A stretch of 64,000 bases of DNA, from NCBI GenBank assembly GCA_973895155.1, contig OZ316897.1, positions 10,501,832-10,565,831 on the forward strand. Direction: 5' to 3'. Positions within the stretch are counted from its first letter, which is position 1; every line of letters begins with the position of its first letter. Positions 1-14,892 of the stretch are shown here, in pieces. Made by a program: the position numbers and the translations under genes. The notes beneath the pieces were generated by a model. The model did not search any database and was not told where the DNA came from. It saw nothing but the letters and a program-made list of their open reading frames with translations. This DNA is from Marsupella aquatica (Eukaryota; Plantae; Marchantiophyta).

Positions 1-984
1 GAACATCGCCGATGGGAAATATTGTCAAATTGTACCGGCACAGTCTGCAACTCCAGCACAGGGAAAAATTTCCGCCGCATCGCCTTCACTCCGTGTCAAG
101 TGCCAATCCTGGGCTCAAAATGACCGCCTCGCTGTGATCAAACCATTGAGCCGTGACACTTCACATTTCTTGCACCAAGTCGAACGTCACGAAGAGAAAC
201 CCGGTTCAGATGAGAACAAGCTACATAGCTTGTGAAAAAACTTGAACGCCTCCGTCATTCGTCACGTCGCACTTGGTAACAACTTGGCAGCAATCTAGCA
301 ACCAAAATGACCAACTCGCTTCAACCTTCAACTTGAGCTATAATGTGTGATCCCTCCCGCATTGTGTGCTCACACCTTTGAAAAATGCAAACTCTGGTCT
401 CTCCCCTGAAACCCGTCGAACACGAATAAAACCTGAACAACGCAAACTTCAATTCCTCCGCACCACGGATACTGATCAGCGAGTTCTAACCATCGTTAGA
501 AAGCTCTCTCACTAACCTATCCGCTCAGCCACACACATTTGAGTTTCATGCGATGAAACTCCGAATGTACCATCAACAATGAACGTTGGAAAACCGTCAC
601 AAAAAAACCTCGTCACCTCCCAGGCATGCTCTGATACCACTTGTTGAGCATAGACAACATTCGCAATGGCAAGCCCATGAACCATCCAACGCACAATAGT
701 TGACACAGAGAGATACATGGTTCACCTCCACATGAGGCTACATCCACGGGAACACACAAGAGCTTTATTGCACTCTAGGCCGACAGGCCATACCAAGCAT
801 CCACAGCACAAGCTCTCCCTATCTCTCAACTAGCTCTGTAACAATGAGCCTAAGTTCCACTAGGGTCTGGCATCAGCCCTGGCTATATGCACAACAGCAC
901 TATCGCTAACATTAGCTAAGTCCTAACCCAAGTTAGACTAACTGTGGTTAGCTCATGAGTCACAAGACTAGAGCAATATCTAAC
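1..984 (-). mobile_element. 5' end of an LTR retroelement: LTR ~642-984, tRNA-iMet PBS, internal region running off the window
   Basis: On the minus strand the LTR end ...CAACA (642) is followed by AG-TGGTATCAGAGC (628-639), the classical tRNA-iMet primer-binding site. The LTR is closely similar to the solo LTR at 15767-16109. No long ORF in 1-627. Confidence 0.85.
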
Positions 985-1290
985 TTTTTTTTGCCTTGAA
1001 AACCAAAAGCAGGCCCATCCAACAAAGGATACTTTACATGTCCTGCTTTGGAGCATGCATTTCTATGTAGGGTAGCCACAAGGGGACAATACCTAGGGAT
1101 CCTACAGGGACCCAGATCAGGAGGGAGAGAGGATTAAACCAAAACCCAAAGTGGGCAACCAGGGCTAAGGGGATAATCAATACTCCCACCACTACACCCC
1201 ACCCACACACACACCCTCCACACCCCTTATGTGTGGAGGGAGGATTGAACCTCGGACCTCACGGTTCTAGGCTCATCCTCTGGCCAACTC
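985..1290 (-). mobile_element. tRNA-derived SINE, family A
   Basis: The minus strand reads TGGCCAGAGG (A-box-like) ... GGTTCAATCC (B box) and ends ...TTCAAGGC plus an A-run. It is colinear with the copy at 35179-35462. Confidence 0.8.
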
Positions 1291-3147
1291 AGTCTTCTTT
1301 GTTCTTCCTAGGAGATCTGTTTGATTCCTTTATGGCACAGAAATTTGTCATCCATAGTAGAGTTGATTTGTATGCCCCTCCACACCTAGTGGGAAAGGGG
1401 GAAATTTACTCTTGGGATGTCCTTTAGATGGGGAAGGGAAATACTTCATCTGCTCTCAAAGAAGTTAGCCTTTTAATTTCCCAACAATCAAGATTTCATT
1501 GGCAAATCTGAATTATCTGTACTAATAACTAGGCAAACCCTCAAGTTTCTAGTTGGGAATTAAAAAGCAGTAGCATTCCTCCCTGCCTTTCTTGTCCAGC
1601 CTCTACTCCTTAACAGCTGATGGAATAGTGCCCTTCAGACACAAAGTAACCCTTTATTCCTGGTGTACATGACACAGGTAATCATTTCTCATAGCAACTT
1701 GAAGTCACATTCCCTTAAGTAATCTGTTTAAACCACAACTGCCCCTTCAAGAGTTACAGGTTACCAGCACAAACTAAATTTCACTAGAAACTAAATTTTT
1801 TTCCTGAAATTGTGAAGCAGACTGGCACCTGAGAGTTAGTACAGTTAATGTGGACACTAAGTCATGCACATCGAGTCTAATTAGTACAGTTACTGCGGAC
1901 ACTAAGTCATGCAAGTGCACATAGTTCAACTTTTCATGAGATTTTCTACCAAACACAAATTAGAACCAAATGTGCAACTACATAAAAGTCCATATTCCTT
2001 TCTATTGTAGCATCATTTCTGCAGATTGTGGCGAGCCATACCTTCTAAATTCATTCCCAACACACATCATATGGCTCTAAAACTTTTGCCAAACGCAGCA
2101 CCAAAGGGACCCTGTTGTACACTGTTGCAACATATAACCCAGCCCTATGTAACCTATTCCATTCTAGAACCCAAAAACCAAAGCAAGCACATTGGTCGAG
2201 GAACCTTCCTAGGAAAAGCTGAGTCCTACCCCATACATACCTCCTTGGGGTCCACGGCAGCGTTTTTTCTAGTTGCGAAAATTACTAGATTCAACCACCT
2301 ATCTGAAAAGTCTTTGCCACTTGGCTAATATTTGCTACTTTTTCCTCCATGAGCCACTTCCACATTAGCTCAATCTGGCGGTTATCCTTAACTGTATGGA
2401 GATCTAACCCTCGGAAATTTATCTAGGAAAGCGAGGCAAGGATTATTTCTAGCAGCTTCTCCTTCACACAGCGACATGGAAAAAACTTTCATAATTACGG
2501 CCGTCCACGATATATGGGCCCTTCCATTGGGCTGCGAGCTCTCTGTCCATTGGGTGTCTTCTACTCTTCTTACGTGTCAAGCTTATGACGGCTCCTAGTG
2601 ACGTATTCCGATTGAGGTATTTATTTGCATTTGACTACTATTTCTCTCAGATCACATTCTCTCAGTTGATTGCCTGACTCTCGTCGTCGGCAGATATTCC
2701 AAAATTGACTCATTGATCGTAAGCAGAACGGGTTTTACAGACAAATTTCGAGGCACACTGATGATGAGGTGCAAGAGAAAGTTCTTTCAGGTTTATGTAG
2801 GTTCTAGTCTCAGACAGAATGGTGGTCATGGAGACGAGATGGCTGACTCAGAGGACTGAACTGCAGTATAAAACAAGCGGCATGGCGACCGAGCAGCAAT
2901 CCAATCCTTTGGCATCCCTCGAACTGCTTCGACAGCTCCGAACATTCATTGGAGAAGTGCTGGCATTTTCAGCTCACCTCGGCTTGGATCGGATCGGATC
3001 AGTAGGCCTTTGGAGGCTTTGGATTTGGGAGAACAAACAAAGGCTATGCTAGGAATAGGGGACCAGCCAGAGTTGGAAAGAAGCAATCATCAGCTTACCT
3101 GTGGCAGCCATCGACCAACTCTTTGATTTCCAGCTGTGATTGAAGAT

Positions 3148-6100
3148 ATGGAGCAAGACGCGCAGCTTTCATTCGGTTTTAGTAGTACGGCTGAAGATGT
3201 GACGAACGGAGTAGATGCTTCTGGGCTCACTACCATTGTGACTGGTGAGTCTCGTTGCATCGATTTGCATATATAGGCAGACAGTAGAAGGAAAACAGCC
3301 GTCGGATTTGCGTTGGATAGAAACACATCAAATTGACGTTGTCGTGAATTTCTCTATGTCCGTATCGGATGGTGCCTGCGTGTGCTGAACAGGATGGAGG
3401 AGGGAGAAACTGATATAGTTTTCATATGTTGGAAGTGATGCTAAGATATAAAGTTTCCTGGAAATTTACGAGTTAGTAATTAATTTAAATTCATGTTGTG
3501 TGTATGACGTAATGCTTGAGTGTGATTAGGTGTTGAGACAAGGGTAATGGACATGGAACTGCATTGACTCTCAAGTTTTAATAGAAGTCTTCTTGTCCTC
3601 AAGAGACAAAAGAGATGTGATGTATCTATAGTGTTCTTTGCATTGGTTCTGTATATGTTATAAGATGCCCACGAAATTGTGAAGCACAACCCTGCAGCAC
3701 TCCAAACTCTCTACAGGTGAAGAACTAGCATGCTTCTTATGAAATTGATGTGCGAGTTCCTGGTCATTGACGTTTTAGAATTTTTTCATGCTCGAATTGC
3801 TTGTTGCTGAAATGGACCATGTCACCGCAAAGTGGAAATGGTCGATTTCAGGTCCAATTTATATTGGCAATCAGTGAACCCATTGTTGAATGGATCTTTG
3901 CGATCGGGTTTGATCAATCCAATAAATTGTCGAGAGGATCAATTTTCAGGTCGACTCATCCATTAATGAATTGGTAGATTCAAGGTTAGGCCTCAGGCCA
4001 GTGTCCAGTCGCATCTGAGACTATTTCATAACTAACAATGAAGACTACCTATATCTAGATTTGTTCTGCCTGCTTTGCAATTGTCAAAATTAATTTTCCT
4101 CCAGAGATCCGTTGTTTATAGGAAGTGGACTTCTCTAGAGACAGGGGAGAGAGTGGTGAGAAAATAGCTACATCTAATTTGATAGGTCTCCACTAGGTAA
4201 GGATGGCTCAAGTGACATGAAATTCTATCATGCAAAATGCTAGCTGGTCGTTCTCAGAAACCAGGACCACTAACCAAAACCAGGGCTAAAGATTTGAGAA
4301 TAGTGGATGACCATAATTTAAGTTTGCGTCGTTATGGTATGTGTTCGTTGAATGGCAGGCGCTACAGCTGGAATAGGTACAGAGACAGTATGAGTGCTTG
4401 CACTACGAGGTGCCCATGTATATCTAACAGGCCGCAGTGTGAAATCTGCCACTGAGACCATGAATGCCATTCTGAAGGAAATACCTGATGCCAAAGTGGA
4501 CATTCTGGCTCCATTGGACCTAAGCTCGCAAGCTTTGGTCAGGAGATGTGCTGAAAGCTTTCTTGCGCTTGATCAGCCTTTGAATCTGCTGATGTAAGTA
4601 TCTTCGCTTCGTTTCTTCCACGCCAATAGATGCACTTGCAGTTTTGTGCTAAATTAAAAAAAATTATCTTGGGTATTATTCCCAGTTGGTTCCAAACGTT
4701 CTTAAACCCTACTATCTTCTATACTAAGAGTAGAGTTTAGAGCTTCCGGTTTGATATTTGTTCAGCAATAGTATGGCCTGTATCACTTGATGGTTGAAGT
4801 TTTCCAAGCAAGGCCTAACAACTAGTGTTTTGTTGGATCCGATCTCAAAGAAATAACGCCGGGATCATGATGGCTCCTCATGGGCTCACGGAGGATGGGA
4901 TTGAAGTTCATTTTGGCACCAACCATATTGGTACGGCTGTGTTGTTCTCAAGAACGCTTTGACAACCTATATATAAGACTGTTTATGGGAGTACTGTCAT
5001 GGCGTACTTCTTGGAATAAGCTTGAACACAGATGTCTGGGGGTCATAGAGAGCAATGGGCTAGTATGCAATGCACTTGCTTGATGTATCTATCATTATGA
5101 AACGTGATGCTTTTATCATTTAATCTCTATACGTTGAAAGCTCTTTGTAACAAGGGGTTGAAAATGTTGTTGTGTTGTCATGACATGGACTTCAGGACAT
5201 TTCTTACTGACAAACCTCCTGTTGGAAAAGCTGATTGAGACGGCAAACAAAACTGGAATCGAGAGCCGGATAGTTATCTTGTCTTCTGCAGGAATTAGAT
5301 ATCCAGCTCCGGACCCCATTGCATGGGACAAGGACAGCATCAACGAGGATAAAGGGTAAAATTCAGAGTTTTCCAAGTTCACAATTGCAAGATCATGAAA
5401 TCCTCGTTTGCTGTGGTGTTTTGAAAAGCTGCCTCCGAAGGTGCAGACCAAAAAGTTGAGAGATGATGCCGCTGATCATTTGACCATGCCCCTTTAACAG
5501 AAAAATGGGGCTGATGGCATATGGTATATCAAAGCTTGCGAATGTTTATCATGCACAAGAGCTGACAAGGCGACTACAGGTAAATTAGCAGCAATTCAAG
5601 CTCACTTTCTCACAACAAATAGATGGCTGTAAACTTGACCGCTCTGTTGCTTTTACTTTGTCATTAAAGAGTATGAGGGAAACAGAAGATATTTCTTAGA
5701 ACCTTGAGTTCAGTTAATTCTGGAAATGATGGATACTCTTTAAATATCTAAAAGTAGATGCAGAATGTCATCAACTCAACAACCTCTTTGTCTATGTAAA
5801 CAGGAGAAAGGAATAACAAACGTGACTGCAAACTCAGTTCATCCCGGAAGGATCCATACCAGTCTTGGAAGACACAGCAAGTGGACAATCTGTAAGCAGT
5901 CTAGGAGTCTTGCCCTTTACCCTTCAGTTTTTCCAGCGAAACATGAAAAAAAACCGATTGGGTGCACATGGGAGGCACTTATTAGCACGCTTCGGCGTGT
6001 TTAGGCATAGGCGCTACTTGCCTTCCACCTCTTTGCTATTAGATTTGTGGTGCCATCACATTTTGTGGAGACTATGTGTAACCTACCCTTCTGACCATCT

Positions 6101-6732
6101 GAAGAGAGTAGAACCCTCACCTGTTGAGGCAGTACAGGCGTCAAGGGGACACACAACACTTTTTTGATCACTTCCGGAGTCCTCTCTTGACAGTATGTTT
6201 CGGGAAATTCTCTGACAGGGTTTTTGTACCTCGCGACATTCTGGACTTGGAAGAGCGTTCCTAGGCAAGTTATTCTGCTCGAGTAGGATGCAGAAGGGTT
6301 CACTGTTAGTCAAATTCTGTTTATACATTTACCTTACCAGCAACTGTCCTGGGACAATATTGATGTGTTGGCTACTATATTTCAAGGAATATATTTATTT
6401 GAGTGCGCTGTGCTTTTTTAGTTGACTCGTTTGTATCTTAGCGAGTAAGATTCACATCTCATTAATTCGTGGGTCCTTCTCGATGTGGACAATTGAACAT
6501 TGGCTTTCTCTCATTGACTAAGTGATGTTATTCTGGTGTTTCAAAACACGTGTGCAGGGAGCTTCAACGACATGTTATGTTGCTCTTCAATCATCCATCT
6601 TTGAAAGGAATCAGTGGCAAGTACTTTGTCGACAACAATGAGTTTGATCCAAAAACCTGTCATCCTCTGGCAGAAGATGAACAGGAAGCCAAGAAGCTCT
6701 GGGATCTCAGTGTCCAATTGACTACTACCTGA
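3148..6732 (+). pseudogene. TIC32-like short-chain dehydrogenase/reductase, copy 1 (premature TGA, two indels)
   Basis: Exons 3148-3244, 4359-4593, 4851-4930, 5196-5355, 5501-5579, 5804-5891, 6219-6264, 6558-6732. Motifs FSSTAEDVT, TGATAGIG, NNAG, FGTNHIGHF, YGISK, NSVHPG, SGKYF. In-frame TGA at 4391-4393 (CGA in copy 2), 1-bp deletion near 6262, 4-bp insertion at 6588-6591. Confidence 0.85.
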
Positions 6733-8789
6733 GCACCTTCAATTACAAATGCCAGCGAGTTTTCTGAAATGAACGTATGTGTAGGTGTTTAGTAACCTTA
6801 GCAGATACACGTATAGTTGCCTGTCATTGCCATATAATTAGGGAAGAAAATAGGAAAAGTCCCTGAAATTACTGCAATTATATGGAGGGTCCACGGTAGA
6901 CGTGTTGACTCCTCATTCTATGGCTCTTGCTTGGGCCTCGTTTGCCTTCGACCTCATAGCAGGCATTGTAAATATAGTTACGCCGTCGTTAGGCATTCAT
7001 TGGCTTCCGTTCCCGTAGTTTCGATTGCATTCGAATAAAGTGCCATCATGGGATGTGAGAGGATTATTTGTGAAATCTCTGTGAAATATACTGTTTGCAC
7101 TTTGAGGAGTCTGTTGTCCCAATTTCGTCCAAACGGTGGATGCAGGCCTTAAAAGTTAAAGAAGAGAGAATGCTTACATGCTTTATCCAAATTTTTATGA
7201 TACCTCTGTTTTGTTGGCTCATTATGAAGGCTTAATTTTATGTGATGTCATTGGATTTGGAACAAAAATTGGGCAAGCTAGTTTTCCCTAGTGGGTGGAG
7301 TGAAATACACTGATGTAAATCCTGGTTGTGAATTCCACTGGTTTGGGGCTAAGAAAGAAATATCATGTCAACATTATGCTGAACTCTCAGTTGCAGGTAG
7401 CAGTGAAAGTTCATGACATTAGTGTTTCAATACCCACTCCAATGAGTGATGAGAACGTTCACAATTCTTGGTCGGAGTCATTTGAAAGCCAAGAAACTAT
7501 AGATACCAAGGGTTCAACTGGTCTTATCTAAATTATTACATAGGTAGTCTAATTTTCTAAACTAATGGCATGTTCTTTCTTACTTTCTAGGGTGTTTATT
7601 GCTTCAAAATGTGGAGGGTGATATTGGACCCCCTTAGAGTGAGAACACTAATATTATTTTGGTCCCATTTTGGGTGGTTTTGTTGGGTATAGTAATGCTG
7701 TCTACATACTCTGAGGTTGGTTGTCTCCTTTAATTAGTCTTATTGGGAAATATTGTAAATCATTTTGTGGTCCACATTCGTCATGATCCATAGCACAGTA
7801 GATTTGTCATCCACCCCAAACACACTCCAACCCAACCCACACTGAGACTGTCTATTCTCAAGGGTGTGATGGAATCCAAGAGTTGTAAGAAACAAACATG
7901 TCACCCCCACCCCTCTTAACTGGAGCTCAGAGTTCTGTTTCCTAGGTTTTGAGTAACTTACAAGCCGCTAACCTAAGTCATTATGAGAAAAAACATGCCA
8001 GGCCCACCATTTTTTGGAAAGGGTTTCACAAAAGTTTAGAAGCTAATCAATTGTCTACTAGAAAAATAGCATATGGGGATAGAAGTGGGGAAACACTTAG
8101 TTTGTAGTAATGGAACAAGCAGTGAGGAGAAACCACTTTGTAAAGAAATAAGCATTGAGGCACACGCACCAAGTCATGCAAAGCTAATTTATTTTTGTTT
8201 TAAAGGGGTTAGTAAGCACTCTATGCAAACTCTGAAAAGGAATAATTAACTATTCTTCTCAACATGGGAATCCTTTTGAGTGGGAAACACTTAGTCGAGA
8301 CAAACTATTTTAACTTTTTGGGGGAATCTTCACACTCTTAAGTACCTTAAGGAATTATTTTTTCTCATTTATCTAGATAGTTACAATAGTCCTAAAAGCT
8401 TTATTACCAGTTTGGGGAGTCTATTGCTTAAAGTTGGAGCAACCCTATGGCAAATTAAAACAAATGTTAGATTCCACTTCTCTAAAAACTGTTCCCCACT
8501 TGGTCAAACTTTTCCAAGCTGCTTGTGTACCACTAGCCTGATTACTCGTTCTTTAAATTGTTATAAATAGAGATGAAGACAACAAAAATCTTGCAAAGCA
8601 AAGATGATGTAGAACATCTTTGCCTCCATCCCTCTCTTTTTTCACCCTAACATCTATGTTGTCTTTATTAAGAGTCAATCTTACTTTTGTCCTAAGTTAG
8701 ACTCAATATCAGTTTTGTTAATCCATCATTGCTCCCATCCCTTTTTATGGGTCCACCTTCACTATTAGTTTTGTCTTAATGAGAGTTAC

Positions 8790-8914
8790 GGTGTAGAGGC
8801 TTAACTGTAGACAGTAGCTCATGAAAGTGTAGAGGCTTAACCGTAGATGCTGAACTGTAGACAGTAGCTCTTGAAAGTGTAGAGGCTTAACCATCGACAG
8901 TAGCTCTTGAAAGT
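8790..8914. repeat. short tandem repeat, unit GTGTAGAGGCTTAAC...GACAGTAGCTCTTGAAA, about 3 copies
   Basis: Repeated units directly visible. Confidence 0.75.
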
Positions 8915-10763
8915 AGCTTCACATTAGGCTTTAATAGCAAGATTAGCTACTGACAGTAGTTTGTCACCTAGCTGCAAACCCCAACAGCAAGAAGCTGAGG
9001 GTTATCATTTTCTAGGGAGATGGGTGATAAATTAATCTAGGAAAACTACCTGATGAATGTTTGTAGCCTCTTCTCGATCCTTAGTTCACACAAGGTGACA
9101 TTGGCCACCCCTTTAAAATTAGGCCGGTGCACGGCATAGAGGCCGTTCCATGGGATTTTGACTGACCTAGCATTGGGCTGCGAGCTCTGTCCATTGAGTG
9201 TCTTGGATGTTTCCATTTCTTTTCATTCAAATACTGTGAGTTTTATTGCCAGACAATAGAGTTTTCTGTAAAAGCAGCCCATGAAAAGATGGGCCACTCA
9301 CCCTGTAATTCTAAAAGAGTAGTTACCGTGAAAGTAGAGCATGACATTTTTGTCAAAACTCAAGGTGAAATCCTATAGCTAATGATCTGTGAGCATTTCT
9401 GACATCCCCTCACACTTTCCACAGTGTGAGCATTTTTGACACTGCTCGCTACTCGCTGCTGTAATCGCTGATCTAAATCGCTGCTGTTGCTGCTAGTTGC
9501 ACCCCTGCTAGTGAAAGACCTTGCACTCTCCCTCTCCAAGCTCGACGATGCGCTCTCCCTCTCCACGACCTCAACCTGGCGTTGCTGCTCTCCCTCTCCA
9601 AAGCTCAACGTGGCTGCCCACATGAAGATTACAGGGTGACTTAGGCTTTGCCACCCCCGAAGATCATTTTCCCGTTTTCGCCCTGGATTTTACTCTGGTG
9701 TATTTGAGTACTGCTGTCAAACGCTAACTCACCCTATGTAAATCATAAACCTGCTTTTCACCCCGTGAACTCACCCCCTAAGTGTGCTTTTACGGAAAAC
9801 TTTAATCTTTGGCAGCAGATATTCAAAGTTGACTCATTCATTGTAATCAGAAAATGAATTATATACAAACTTCGAGGCTGATTGTGGGTGCACGAGAAAG
9901 TTCTGTCAAATGTTACGTACAGTTTACAGAAGTGCAGGCTGACCCTCACAAAATTGCAAATACTAGCAGCAAAAACCAAATATATGAGTGTTTTTCAGTC
10001 TATAACTTTACACATGCATTTATCATTTATTGCAACACATATGTAAAACACGCATTTCAGTTCTTCCAACCTTTACATCAGAAGCATTTTTTGATAAGTG
10101 GAAAGACAATTATCTAAAGTAGTTCCATGCACTGGATCGTGCAAAGACAGTTATCTAAAGTAGTTTCATGCACTGGATCATGCAAAGAAAGTTTCATCGT
10201 GCAACTGGTATGAGCGAGGAGTCTGATATGTATGACTTGACCACACGTATTTCCCATGAGGGAGTAGATTTGACTCCACTTAATTGATAGTGCATCCAAG
10301 CTAATACAGAGAAGTGAATAAATATATCACGTGTACTTACATATTGTATGTAGTGGATAAACTGCAGCGTCCTGCAGTCGTTAGACAAGGTAGATGTTCT
10401 ACTCATACAGAATGTTGGTCCTGCAAAAAGAAGATGGGTGACTCAGAGGAGTGAGGTCGAGTATAGAAAGACAGGCATCGACGACACAACACCAATTCAA
10501 TACTTTGACAGCATAATTTCAATTCTTCCCGCGAACCACTTCAACAGCTCCAAACATTCATTGGAGAGTGGTGGCACATTCAGCTCAGCTCAGCTCAGTT
10601 CGGAGTAGATCTGATTAGCAGGCTTTCGGTATCGGGAGAACGAACGAAGGTAGCTAAGATCTACTCGGGACAGGGGACCAGCCGGAGTTGGAAAGAAGCA
10701 GTAATGAGCTTACCCCTGGCAGCCGTCGACCCAATTCTTTGATTTCCAGCTGTGATTGAGGAT

Positions 10764-13700
10764 ATGGAGCAGGTTGCGAAGCCTTCATTCGGTTTCAGTA
10801 GTACGGCTGAAGATGTGACGAACGGAGTAGACGCGTCTCGGGTCACTGCCATTGTAACAGGTGAGTCTCGTTGCATTCATTTGCATATATAGAGACGGTG
10901 GAAGGAAAATAGTCACAGGATTTGTGTTGGATAGGAAACCTTCGAATTGAAGTTGGCTTGAATTTCTCTATGTCCGTATTGGATGGTGCCTGCGTGTGCG
11001 GAACAGGAGGGAAGAGGGAGGTAACTGAAATAGGTTTCATATGTTGGAAGTGATACTAATATACAAACTAAGTTTGCTGGAAACTTATGAGTAGTAATTT
11101 AAACTCGTGCTAAAGGTATGATGCAATGCTCGAGTGTGATAACATGGAATTGCAATGACTCAGGTTTTAGTAGAAGTCGTCTTGTCCTTGAGAGACATAT
11201 TAAGAGATGTGACGTATCTGCAGTGTTCTTTGCATTGGTTCCGTCTGTGTTATAAGGTGTCCACAAAATTTTGAAGCACAACCCTTCAGCACTCCAAACT
11301 GTATTCTAGCTCAGGAAATAGCATCCTTTATGAAATTGATGTCCTAATTTCTGGTAGTTACTCGGAAATTGCTTGTTGCTAAAATCAGGCATGTCACCAG
11401 AAAGAGTAAATGAAATATTTTCAGTTCCAGTTCATAAATGGCAATTAGTAAACCAATTGTTGAATGGATCTTTGCAGTCGGCTGGGTTCAATAGATTCAG
11501 TATATTGGCGAGAGGATTAATTTTCAGGTCCACATCATCAACTTATAAATTGGTAGATTCCAGTGAGCCCTCAGGCCAGTGTTCACTGGCTTCTGAAACT
11601 ATTGCAGAAGACTAACAATGAAGACTAACCTCGAGACTAACTATATCCAGATTTGTGTTGTCTATTTTGCAGCGCTAACATGTATGGTATCTGTTCGTTA
11701 AATGGCAGGAGCTACGGCTGGAATAGGTACAGAGACAGTACGAGTGCTCGCACTACGGGGTGCCCATGTATACCTAACAGGCCGCAGTGTGAAATCCGCC
11801 ACCGAGACCATGAATGCCATTCTGAAGGAAATACCTGATGCCAAAGTGGACATTCTGGCTCCATTGGACCTAAGCTCGCAAGAGTCGGTCAGGAAATGTG
11901 CTGAAAGCTTTCTTGCGCTTGATCAGCCTTTGAATCTGCTGATGTAAGTATGTTGGTTTTGTTTCTTGCACGCCAATAGATGCACTTGCTGTTTTGTGCT
12001 AGATGAAGAAAATTAACTGGCGTATTTTCCCAGTCTGTTCCAAATGTTGTTGGATCCTACTAGGTTCTATACTAAGAGTAGAGTTTAGGGGCCGGTTTGA
12101 TATTTGTTGAGCAAAAGTATGTCCTGTATCACTTCATCGTTGAAGTTTTCCAAGCAGGGCCTAACAACTAGTGTTTTGTTGAATCCGATCTCAAAGAAAT
12201 AACGCAGGGATCATGATGGTTCCTCATGCGCTCACGGAGGACGGGATTGAAGTTCATTTTGGCACCAACCATATTGGTACAACTGTGTTATCCTCAAGAG
12301 CGCTTTGACAATCTAGAGGACTCTTATAGGACCACCGTCATGGCGTACTTCGTGGGATAACCTTGAACACGGATGTTTCTGGGTTATTGAGGGCAATGGG
12401 GTAGTATGCAATGCACTTGCTTGATGTGTTTGTCATAGTTAAACGTGATGCTCTTATCATTTAATCTCTAAATCCTGAAAGTTTTTGTAACAAAGGGTTG
12501 ACAATGTTGGTGTGTTGTCATGACATGGACTTCAGGACATTTCTTACTAACGAACCTCCTCCTGGAAAAGCTGATAGCGACGGCAAAGAAAACTGGAATC
12601 GAGAGCCAGATAGTTATCTTGTCTTCTGCAGGAATTAGATATCCACCTCCGGACCCCATCGCATGGGATAAGGACAACATCAACGAGGATAAAGGGTAGA
12701 ATTCACAGTTGCAAGATCATGAAATCCTCGTTTACTGATGATGCCTGAGAACAGCTGCCTCAGACCGTGTAGCAGACCAAAAGTTGGGAGATGATGCCGC
12801 TGATCATTTGAATTTACCGCTGTAACAGGAAAAAAGGGGCAAGGGCATATGCTATATCAAAGCTTGCGAATGTTTATCATGCACAAGAGCTGACAAGGCG
12901 ACTACAGGTAAGTTATCAAGCTCACTCGTTTCCTCCTAACGAATAGATGGCTGTGAACTTGGCCGTTGTGCTTGATTCTGTTTTTGTGTTTCTTTCGTTT
13001 TGTAATTAAAGAGTATGAGGGAAACAGAGGATATTCTTTCCAGCCTTGAGTTCAGTTAATTCAGTAAATGATGGATACTCTTCTATTATCTAGAAGTAGA
13101 GAATGTTATCATCTCAATAACCTCAATAACCGCTTTGTCTATGTTAACAGGAGAAAGGAATAACAGACGTGACTGCAAACTCAGTTCATCCCGGAGTAAT
13201 CTATACCAGTCTTGGTAGACACAGCAAATGGATATTTGGTAAGCAGTCTAGGAGCCTTGCCCTTTACCTCAGTTTTTCCAGCGACACGAATTTAACCGAT
13301 TGGGATCACATGCGAGACACTTATTAGCAAGCTTTCTCATGTTTACGGATAGGCGCTACCATCTAAGTGAGTATTGCCCTGACCTATTGGGACAGTACGG
13401 GCGTTAAAGTGACACACAGGACTTTTTCCATCCATCCCCGGAGTCTTCTCCTGACTGTATGTTCCGGGGAACTCTCTGACAGGATTTCTTTACCTCGTGA
13501 CATTCTAGACTTGGAAGAGCGTTCCTCAGGCAAGTTATTCTGCTCGAGCACAAAAGGATGCACTCTTTATCAAATTCTGTTTATAAATTTACCTTACCAG
13601 CAACTGTCCTGGGACAATATTGATGTGTTGGCTACATGACAAGGAATATGTCATTTGACTGAAGAATTTTGCTGAGTGCTATTTTAGCTGACTCGTTGCA

Positions 13701-13993
13701 TCCTAGCGAGTAGGATTCCCATCTAATCCATTCTTGGGTTCCTCTCGAAGTGGACAATTGAATATCGTCTTTCTCTCATTGACTAAGTTGTGTTATTCTG
13801 GTGTTTCAAAATATGTGTATAGGGAGCTTCAACGACATGTTATGTTGCTCTTCATCCATCTTTGAAAGGAGTCAGCGGCAAGTACTTTGTTGACAACAAT
13901 GAGTTTGATTCAAAAACCTACCATCCTCTCGCAGAAGATGAACAAGAAGCTAAGAATCTCTGGGATCTCAGTGTCCAACTGACTTCTACCTGA
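10764..13993 (+). pseudogene. TIC32-like SDR, copy 2 (premature TAG in exon 7; truncated protein or pseudogene)
   Basis: Exons 10764-10860, 11709-11943, 12197-12276, 12536-12695, 12829-12907, 13151-13238, 13483-13529, 13823-13993. TGATAGIG, NNAG and YAISK are intact. TAG at 13506-13508 where copies 1 and 3 have TGG (Trp). Introns and flanks are also duplicated from copy 1. Confidence 0.82.
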
Positions 13994-14892
13994 GCACCTT
14001 CAATTACAAATGCCAGCGAGTTTTCTGGAATGAGCTTATGTGTAGCTGTCTAGTATATTTTTGTAGCAGATACGCATAGAGTTCCGGCCCTGTCATTGCT
14101 ATATAATTAGGGAGTAAGATAGGAAAATTTTCTGTTATCCCTGCAATTATATAGAAGATTTAGGGTAGACGTGTTTGACTCCTCATTCTATAGCTCTTCC
14201 TCGGGCTCTTCTGGCCGACTACCTCATAGCAGGAATTGTAAAAATAGTTCGGCCGTCATCTGGCATTCATTGGCTTTGGATTTCCCCTAGTTTCCACTGT
14301 ACTCGAATAAATACCTGTGAATTGTTATGTGACTGTTTGCAAACTATCTGTGAAATATCTTCTGGCAGTTTGAAGAGTCTGTTGGCCTGGCTTCATCTCG
14401 ACGGTGTATGCAGACCTTGAACGTGAAGAAATAATGTTTTGTTCGTTTGCCATTCAGGCTTAATCTGTGTGATGTGATTGGATTTGGAACAAAAATCCTC
14501 GGACCAGGATTTACATCAGAGTATCTCATCTTTCAAGAGAGAGAAAGAGATATATTGTTTAGTTATTGGCCGAACTACGTTCAGCTAGTGGACCAAAAAA
14601 GCTCCCCAATATACTTTTGTCTGCCATACTACATACTTCAATAAGATGGACTGCAATATATACTGGACTGCTCTACTGTTTCACACGTTGTAAAGGGACC
14701 ACAAATACCCTAAATGTATTCTCAGACATATGTATATACACACTGAATACCATAACATTGTGATGGCTTATGTGAGACGAAGAATGTACAATATAATGAG
14801 ACAAATATAGATGAAAGAACATTAAATTTGATGGTTTATTCCTACTTTGAAAGTATTGATTTGATTCCTTGTGTTTGTTTTTACCTTTTTAA

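Noticed and set aside
4391-4393. In-frame TGA in SDR copy 1 as selenocysteine, read-through or an editing site
   Set aside because: The paralog has CGA (Arg), so CpG deamination explains it. Land plants lack Sec, and U-to-C editing is organellar.
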